From: Planctomycetota bacterium | GTDB taxonomy: Bacteria > Planctomycetota > SZUA-567 > H5-PLA8 | Direction of reading: 5' to 3' | Assembly (NCBI GenBank): GCA_038227875.1 | Contig: JBBRPR010000020.1 | Span: 71,166 to 135,165 of the forward strand | Length of the DNA: 64,000 nt | Shown here: one piece after another, positions 57,898 through 64,000 of the stretch | How the letters are laid out: every line of letters starts with the position of its first letter | How positions within the stretch are numbered: the first letter of the stretch is position 1 | Made by a program: the position numbers and the translations under genes | Notes under the pieces: model-generated | The model's database searches: none | Told to the model about the DNA's origin: nothing | Seen by the model: only the letters and a program-made list of their open reading frames with translations

Positions 57898-58112
57898 GAC
57901 GCGGCTCCAGTGGTGCGACCAAAGGAGTATCCGCGTATTTCGCGTGTGTAAGTTGCGGAGAGGTTGTGTGCTTTCTTGTGCGCCGCTTTTACTGGGAGCG
58001 TTTCTAATCCCGTATTCCCAAAGGCGAAGAGTAGCGCATACTGCCCCCGTTGAATATGGAGGGAGTGGCGCGTGGAAAATTCACGGGATGTCGATGGCGG
58101 AACGATTCTTAG

Positions 58113-58530
58113 GTGGCCGCGCTTTCGGAGCAATGCGATTAGAGCGGTCTGTCGCAGAGGGCGTTTTGTGTCGGCATCGCACTGTCGACGTTCACGTGTT
58201 GGCGGCGGCGGCTGAAGTCGAAGGCCGCGGCCCACCCGGCATTCATTGCCGTGCGGCTCAAAGATGAACCTGCCCGTGCGTCAGTCGCCTTCGCCTGGGC
58301 CTGCGAACTCGTGGGGCCGAGAATCAAGCTGCGGCTGCGTGAAGGTCCGGACGTGCGGAGGAAGCATAATGATGCTGATTCCGGCAGCGTTGCGCATCTT
58401 TCTGTCGCGCGAGCCGGCCGACATGCGCCGTTCTTTCACGGGATTGTGCGGGATGGTGCGCGACGGACTGCATGCCGACCGGCTCAGCGGACATTTGTAT
58501 TGCTTTCGGAACAAGCGCGGTGACAAGCCG
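58113..58530 (+). pseudogene. IS66 remnant: tnpA (internal stop) and truncated tnpB
   Basis: Frame from 58143 reads SGLSQRAFC..STFTCWRRRL..FIAVRL directly after a TAG; ORF from 58369 reads RIFLSREPADMRRSFTGL..SGHLYCFRNKRGDK and then loses similarity; no tnpC. Confidence 0.85.
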
Positions 58531-58636
58531 AAGGCGTCGATCCCGTCGCGCTGGAAGGACCTGCCGCCGCTGCAACCGGCCAGCCAGCCGAAAACCACGG
58601 CAACCGTGGGGACGGGATAACAAAACGGTCCCACTT

Positions 58637-59353
58637 TTACTGTACGTGGTATAGCTCGGGTCGCTTCACATAATAGCCTTCTTTACGTTGCGATACCGGT
58701 AGAAGTCCCTCTTTCAGGAGACGCATCGCAGCGATTTGCAACTCCTTCTCAAACGTCTTCTTCGCGGTTGTGTGGAACTTTTTGCGGATGACACTAAGTA
58801 TGGGCGCAAGGTTGGTACTACAGGAAATTTCATCCCGAATTTCTTTAAGCGTGACCGGGTCGCCCGTTGACTTGAAGTGATCAACGATGAAACTAAGCAG
58901 GTTGAATTCTGCAGACGCAAGTACGACAACGCGATCGAAGAACGTTACCATTTTAGTTTGTAAAGTAATTGCGATACACGGTTCATGCGGCCAACCGAGC
59001 GTTCCTGGAGGCTCTTTCCACCGATCGTAAATAACTGGATACTGCCGTTGCATAAACATCTGAAGTTCTTCTTCCGTGGCAAAGATTGAAAAGTTCTTCA
59101 AACAGATCGAGCTTGATCTGTTAACAAAAGTGTCCCAATAATCATCAAAGAATGCGTAATTCAGCTTCGCGCCGCGTCCCCCGCTGTCGTAGAGATGGTT
59201 AACCAATCCGGCCCGCCCGGGGCTCGGGACGGGGATAAGTCCACGCAGTCTAGTAGGGAGCTCCCGCTCTAACCTGGCATTAGCCAGATTCATTTCTGTC
59301 CGCCCGTCTCGAACGGTCTTGGCGCGTGGTAGCTTCCTTCTTTTAATGGCCAT
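58637..59353 (-). CDS. Hypothetical protein with probable C-terminal winged helix
   Basis: 238-aa ORF in AT-rich DNA with GAGG RBS; LASAEFNLLSFIV..PVTLKEIRDEI..ILSVIRKKF..GYYV resembles OmpR-type wHTH. Confidence 0.6.
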   Translation of the reverse strand: MAIKRRKLPRAKTVRDGRTEMNLANARLERELPTRLRGLIPVPSPGRAGLVNHLYDSGGRGAKLNYAFFDDYWDTFVNRSSSICLKNFSIFATEEELQMFMQRQYPVIYDRWKEPPGTLGWPHEPCIAITLQTKMVTFFDRVVVLASAEFNLLSFIVDHFKSTGDPVTLKEIRDEISCSTNLAPILSVIRKKFHTTAKKTFEKELQIAAMRLLKEGLLPVSQRKEGYYVKRPELYHVQ

Positions 59354-59829
59354 TCTGATTCCTCACAATGATGGGCCAAGGCAATGGAAACTCTACCCAT
59401 TCTTTTCTAACGCGGAAGGCGCACGGTTTTAGCCGATCTTCAGTAACTTTCGTCGCCGATAGCAACGCCATCTACATCCTATTATAACGCGTTTTGCCTC
59501 TAATTTTAGGTCGGTTTATTACGTTCGTGAAGTCGGTGCAACTAAAAACTGAATATCCATATACTATTCTATAGTAACGCGAAAAGCCGCGGATTTTAGA
59601 TCCATCTCGCGCCACGTCCTAAATAGATTGTAACGCGGAAAGCACATGCTTTTTAGCTCTGAGAACCCCCACGCGAACCACTCCATCCACTGAGATTGCG
59701 CGGCTTTCAAGTGCGGTTTTGGTGGCGTTGGCTCGAATTTCTTGGCCGCGCGTACCTGATTTCGGGCCGGTTGTACCGAAAACCGGTACCGATTAGCCCC
59801 ATTTTCGTTCTGGGGCGGCCTGAATCTCT

Positions 59830-60060
59830 TTGGACAAAATTGAAGCGGATAGCGGCGCTGCTTTACGACTTTAAAGTTACTCCGCTCTTGTCTCCACCCT
59901 ACTTCCCGCGCTACAATGGCGCCATTGAGGCCGGCATCGGCGCGTTCAAAACCCGTGCTCACCTGGAAGCGGCCCGCCACGGCCACCCGCTGGAGTGGAA
60001 CTGCAATGATGTCGAGTCCGCACGCTTGCAGGCCAATGCTGAATCTAGGCCGTGGGGCTT
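59830..60060 (+). pseudogene. Fragment of a DDE (rve-like) transposase
   Basis: TPLLSPPYFPRYNGAIEAGIGAFK contains the P..NG.IE motif of integrase-core domains; upstream catalytic Asp region missing. Confidence 0.65.
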
Positions 60061-60412
60061 TGCGCCTGATTCGCTGTTGTCCCGGTTGGAGAAGGATGAG
60101 GCGTCGTTCAAGCTGGCGTTGTCGCGGGTCGTGGAGTTGGAGCAGAAGGCGGTCCCGGCTGAGAAGGTCAAGGCTGACGAGTATATCGCCGCCTTCCGGC
60201 AGGTTTTCGCGGATGACTTGTCGAGCCCGGATAAGAAGCAGGCGGTGCTGGGGGCATTTGTCCAGGAGATCGTGGTTGGGCCGAAGGATGTACGGGTGCT
60301 CTTGCGTGACCCGGCTGTTGCGGCGCTGCCTCGTGCGGTGGGTGACGACCGGTTGAGGCAGCGTCCAGAGCGACTCCCCGATCTGGATTCGAACCAAAAC
60401 CCTTCGCATTAA
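60061..60412 (+). pseudogene. Probable C-terminal fragment of a large serine recombinase
   Basis: Coiled coil LLSRLEKDE..LEQK then KKQAVLGAFVQEIVVGPKDVRV; runs into an antisense tRNA fragment (LPDLDSNQ). Confidence 0.55.
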
Positions 60413-60415
60413 CAG
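60374..60415 (-). other. 3' half of tRNA-Asn (att-site remnant)
   Basis: Minus strand CTGTTAA-TGCGA-AGGGT-TTTGG-TTCGAAT-CCAGA-TCGGGGAG: GTT anticodon loop, T arm and 3' acceptor strand; 5' half and CCA absent. Confidence 0.8.
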
Positions 60416-60497
60416 AAAGCGCTATTTCGGCACATTTGTGTCCTCAAAAGTGCTGAAGACGCACTTTTAAACAGGACCAGCCACTTGCGCGGTTGCT

Positions 60498-61325
60498 TCA
60501 AAGCCTGGTGCCCGATTGACCGCATTGTGCCGCGTCAGATATGGATAACCGTCCGTGCAACATCTCGTCAAGCTCGTAGGACATGTCAATGAATTCTATG
60601 GAATCAATGAACCGCTGAAAGCACTGGATAGCTGCTGAATCTGCTTTTAGCCCATGCTCGCCGATCTGTGCAACAGCCGCAAAGTGCTGGTGTTTCGCTT
60701 TTAGGAATCCAGTTTGAAAATTCCAAGTATGCTCATGTTTGTTGGTTGTGGGGTGCCAGGCATACCGATGTTGCGCAAACCGAACACCTGTGGGCAAGGG
60801 TGTGCCGGGCCAGCGTTGCGCCGATGTATGCTGAAACAGCGGTAATGCGACATCCACCTGTTTAAGATACAGATCGAGATTCGCACGCGTCGCCATCCAC
60901 TTCATCATCGCATACGCGTTGCCACTCTGATTGGGCAAGCCAGCAGGCACGGTTCCGTCTCGCCGGCAAAGTTCTTCAATTTCTAAAACGTTCATTTGAA
61001 GCTGGCCGAGAATGGAATCCCGGCGCTCCAATACAGCGCTCCCCTGCGCCAGTGCTTTTAAGCAGCCGTCCAGATCGCTGGAAACGTATGAAATTCGAAT
61101 CGGCTTTGGAGTGTCGCGATGCCATTCGTTTCCGGTAGGTAGTCGGTGCGGCGGCATTTTGGCCAGTCTACATAGGTAGATAAAGGCGCGGCGTGATCGT
61201 ACCAGAAAGTCGCGCTCAGTAGCGTTGTTCTCGGCCATTATCGATTTGGCTTCCGGCGCAATGCCACGCTGCATTCGCCGGTCGAACTCGTCCGCCGCTT
61301 TGACCATTCCTTGGATAGTGAGCAT
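60498..61325 (-). CDS. Hypothetical protein (island cargo)
   Basis: 275-aa ORF with AGGA upstream and atypical codon use; no confident motif. Confidence 0.6.
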   Translation of the reverse strand: MLTIQGMVKAADEFDRRMQRGIAPEAKSIMAENNATERDFLVRSRRAFIYLCRLAKMPPHRLPTGNEWHRDTPKPIRISYVSSDLDGCLKALAQGSAVLERRDSILGQLQMNVLEIEELCRRDGTVPAGLPNQSGNAYAMMKWMATRANLDLYLKQVDVALPLFQHTSAQRWPGTPLPTGVRFAQHRYAWHPTTNKHEHTWNFQTGFLKAKHQHFAAVAQIGEHGLKADSAAIQCFQRFIDSIEFIDMSYELDEMLHGRLSISDAAQCGQSGTRL

Positions 61326-61720
61326 GGCGTCGTCCTACTACGCCTCAATTGAAAAATCAACACCCAAGTTTGAGCGTCCGTACTGGGAGGTCGGTAGCAC
61401 CCGGACCGTGTTTTTGTAACAACCACAAGCGCTGCTGTATAGGCCTGAATCTTTTGGACACTCCGGAAGCCACAAAGCCTCCGGAAAAAACAACCATCAA
61501 GCCGTCTGCAGCAGCTTGGGGCTCTGCCCCAAACCCCGGGATTTTGGAGGCATGTCCTGCAATGGATCGTGAGAAACTCTGTGAAGCCCGGCCGAGGTAG
61601 CACCGGGCTTCACGCGTTGATCCGCCGCAGGATTCGGCTATCCCTCGGCAGGCTGCTTCCCAGCATGACCTGCTTCCGTTTCGCCGAACTTCGACAAAGT
61701 ACTACTTCCGTTTCTTTGCG

Positions 61721-62626
61721 TCAAGCCGCCGCCTTTTCCAGCTCCATTCGCACGGTCCACGGCGCACGATAACCGTGACGCTCGATCAGCCATTCACTGT
61801 TGTAGGTCGCGATCCATTGCCCGACGACTTGACGCGCGTGCTCCGCGTCGGTGAAATCGTGAACCCACAGGCATTCCTCTTTGATCGTCCGGAAAAAGCG
61901 TTCGATCACGCCGTTGGTTTCAGGTTCATGCACAAACCCAGGACTGTTGCCCAGTCCCAGAAAATCGAGGTCCTTTCTAAAATCGCCGGCGACATACTGC
62001 GGCCCCCAATCGTGCCGGATGCTGATGCCTGCGCCTGACTTTTCTTTCAGCGCGCCGCGCCGTTTGCGTAACGCCTGTTTGACGGGTTCCAACGCGGCCC
62101 ATGCATCGCCCTGGCCGACCTCGATGATGTGCCAGCCCAAGACTTCGCACGAGAAATGATCGATCACTGCGAACAGCCACAACAAGCGTCCGTTGCCCAT
62201 GCCGAACTGCGTTCCATCGGTGCCCCATAGCAGGTCGATATTCTCGGGAATGATCGTGCCTTCATGGGGCCTTTGACTGCGGTCCGCTTCAATCCGCTGT
62301 GGCGAGAGCAAGCCCGCTTCCCGCATCAACCGGTTGATACGCCCCCGGCTGGCCCGCACCTCAAACCAGGCGCGCAGCCGCCGATGAACTTTCTTCGTTC
62401 CCTCGGTGTGAAATGGAGAGCGCTTCAAGACCTCGCGGATCAACTCCAGCAGCCGCACATCATCCGCCTGCATTTTGGGACCAGGCTTTTTTCGCTCCCG
62501 TTGCGCCTGCCGCAATTTGCGCTGATATTCGTAGTACGACGAGCGCGGCACACCGACCACCGCGCATACCAGCGACAGAGAATACTTGCTCCCTGTTGAA
62601 GACCTCTCGTCCATCAGGCGCGTCAC
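61721..62626 (-). CDS. IS3-family-like transposase OrfB
   Basis: VC..VGVPRSSYY, G.KKV..RLR, RLMREAGL, DDE triad WGTDGT / RHDWGPQY / NGVIERFFRTIKEE. Confidence 0.92.
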   Translation of the reverse strand: MTRLMDERSSTGSKYSLSLVCAVVGVPRSSYYEYQRKLRQAQRERKKPGPKMQADDVRLLELIREVLKRSPFHTEGTKKVHRRLRAWFEVRASRGRINRLMREAGLLSPQRIEADRSQRPHEGTIIPENIDLLWGTDGTQFGMGNGRLLWLFAVIDHFSCEVLGWHIIEVGQGDAWAALEPVKQALRKRRGALKEKSGAGISIRHDWGPQYVAGDFRKDLDFLGLGNSPGFVHEPETNGVIERFFRTIKEECLWVHDFTDAEHARQVVGQWIATYNSEWLIERHGYRAPWTVRMELEKAAA

Positions 62627-62703
62627 AGTCTCCGGCCTTCCTCTAGCGCCCTCACTTTTTTTCGAAGTTCAAGCTCCAGCGCCTGCTTGGCGATCAGTTG
62701 CCG
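62623..62703 (-). pseudogene. 3' remnant of IS orfA
   Basis: QLIAKQALELELRKKVRALEEGRRL zipper-like tail ending in a GTGA overlap with the OrfB start; HTH part missing. Confidence 0.65.
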
Positions 62704-62709
62704 CGACGA

Positions 62710-62972
62710 TGGTGGCGCTATCGCCGTGATGAACCCATGCGGCCCATACTGGTAGTATGTCGGACTTCCCCCCTCCACCATCGCCGTACGTGCGCCATTG
62801 TTGTCGTAGAAGTAGTACGTTGCAGTGGCACTCGGCTGTACGAGTCGCTTCACCAGCGAGGTATCCGCCGCGTAGGAATAGTACGCCGATTCCGTTTCCG
62901 TATTGAGTGTACTCTCCCTGCGCATCTGCAAGCGGTTGCCAGAAGCATCGTAGGAGTAAGAGAAGGCGTAAA
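62710..62972 (-). pseudogene. RHS/YD-repeat gene fragment
   Basis: YSYDASGNRL, YYSYAADTSL, YFYDNNGART, YYQYGPHGFIT. Confidence 0.85.
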
Positions 62973-63211
62973 TTTTACCCCGGCTCCCTCGGAAAAAATG
63001 CCGGGGCCTACTGCCGGGCCTGTGTCGGCCGGATTTGCATCGCCAAGAACGATGTCTGAACCGCCTTGGAAAGCGGTCCTTCGGTAGGGAACCCAAGCCG
63101 ATCCTGCGTCGGCTGGCAATTAGGGCGGCGGAAAGCATCACGAAGGAAATCTTAGGACTACTCGCGTTGAAGTCACGCGGGATTTCAGATTGTTGCAGGG
63201 CAGTAACGGCG

Positions 63212-63895
63212 TCATACAGCCATCTTGCGAATGCGCTCAAGCGCTTCTCTAAAGGTCATAAATAGAAGCCCGCCTCTACTGAACAAGTCCAGTGCTGCCT
63301 GTCTCGTCATGGGCGCGTTGGTCAAGCCTCTCAACTGTTTCAGTGTGAGAGTTATCTGATTCATGATGTCAATCGGCACCATGTCCTGGGCATCTTTCAC
63401 GAATTGGACAAGCTGAGTGTCCAGCCCGCGAAGCGCCTGGATCGCGGCTTTCAAGTCCTGCTGTGCCAAGTCCCAATCAAGCTCTGCGTTCTTAATCAGC
63501 TTTTCCAAGCGGTTGGCCAGCTTTAAATATTCGTCTCTCTTGGGCGACGAAGTTGACCGGGCGGGTTGCGCAGGCTTCACGACTTCAAGAATCTGCCGGA
63601 CGAGATGCTCAATACCGCTTGCCGTATTGCCAGCCACTTTGTCTGCGAGCGGCGGGGAATACTTCTTCACTTCATCAAATGAGACATTGTGCCAGATTGG
63701 CAAGATCATTTGCTCGCCCAAGTCGCGTGTCGTGAGGCCATCCAGTTCGCGCTGCGGCCAGTTCTTAACGAAAAAACTCCTGCTAAGAACCACGATGCCG
63801 TAGCGACTTGCGGATAGACCTTCATCAATTTTCCGGCGCAGGCTATCGCCGATTCTCAATGAGAACCTGTGTCGTACTTCCCGAGTCTGACTCAC
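63212..63895 (-). pseudogene. TIR-domain gene, N-terminally truncated, with helical C-terminal domain
   Basis: FSLRIGDSLRRKIDEGL..SRYGIVVLSRSFF.KNWPQRELDGL..ILPIWHNV..YSP.LADK; the first strand and helix (FISHAS..K) are absent. Confidence 0.85.
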
Positions 63896-63907
63896 GCTTA
63901 ATTAGTA

Positions 63908-64000
63908 TTAGTGGTTGAGTAAATCCTCCTCCCTTGCGGCGGCGTAGGTCCGCCAGAAGGGATCGTTATGCAGGAGGAAAGTAATGGCCATCCATCGTCG
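63908..64000 (-). CDS. 3' end of a gene cut by the window edge, possibly a transposase
   Basis: Open frame RRWMAITFLLHNDPFWRTYAAAREEDLLNH* from the edge; identity is a guess. Confidence 0.3.
   Translation of the reverse strand, partial: RRWMAITFLLHNDPFWRTYAAAREEDLLNH

Larger units (their letters stand above)
56389..64000. mobile_element. Degraded genomic island adjacent to tRNA-Ser; right end outside window
   Basis: Integrase and excisionase directly after the tRNA, lower-GC cargo, multiple IS, recombinase and RHS fragments; no duplicated tRNA-Ser 3' end found in the window. Confidence 0.85.

Noticed and set aside
57940..58110. IS66 left inverted repeat (GTAAG near 57947)
   Set aside because: No matching right end or target duplication visible; too short to support
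60374..60415. Functional tRNA-Asn gene
   Set aside because: D arm, 5' acceptor strand and CCA are missing
56360..64000. Direct repeat of the tRNA-Ser 3' end (attR)
   Set aside because: Not found by eye in the window; the only tRNA-like fragment is Asn-type and on the opposite strand

Overview
A GC-rich bacterial chromosomal window. The gene repertoire (Ser/Thr kinases with FGE-sulfatase domains, a Sua5-LMWPTP fusion, DUF6600, PKD and BNR secreted proteins) suggests Planctomycetota/PVC; this is inference. Positions 1-56.3 kb are mostly core and metabolic genes: a hybrid histidine kinase, der, ftsY, a eukaryotic-type citrate synthase, rsmA, two AraC and one LacI regulator around a secreted clan GH-A-like hydrolase, a DUF1611/dipeptide-epimerase pair, a Fur-boxed MauG/BthA-like di-heme protein, S46 and M14 peptidases, a Tat-exported Rieske protein and HutX. 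GTAG-type REPs and heptamer/nonamer hairpin repeats are scattered between them. After tRNA-Ser(GCT) at 56299-56388 a degraded genomic island runs off the window end. It holds a tyrosine integrase and excisionase, IS66 and IS3-type remnants, a probable serine-recombinase tail ending in a tRNA-Asn 3' fragment, an RHS fragment and an N-truncated TIR gene. No CRISPR array, rRNA or reverse transcriptase was seen, and I cannot claim a complete novel system. The best leads are a promoter-anchored structured ncRNA candidate at 47494, two unrelated envelope proteins sharing an exact 47-residue (13-turn) helical repeat period, the Fur-boxed Trp-less di-heme enzyme next to DUF2071, and the nested att/TIR remnants in the island. 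All family calls come from motif recognition by eye, not database searches.
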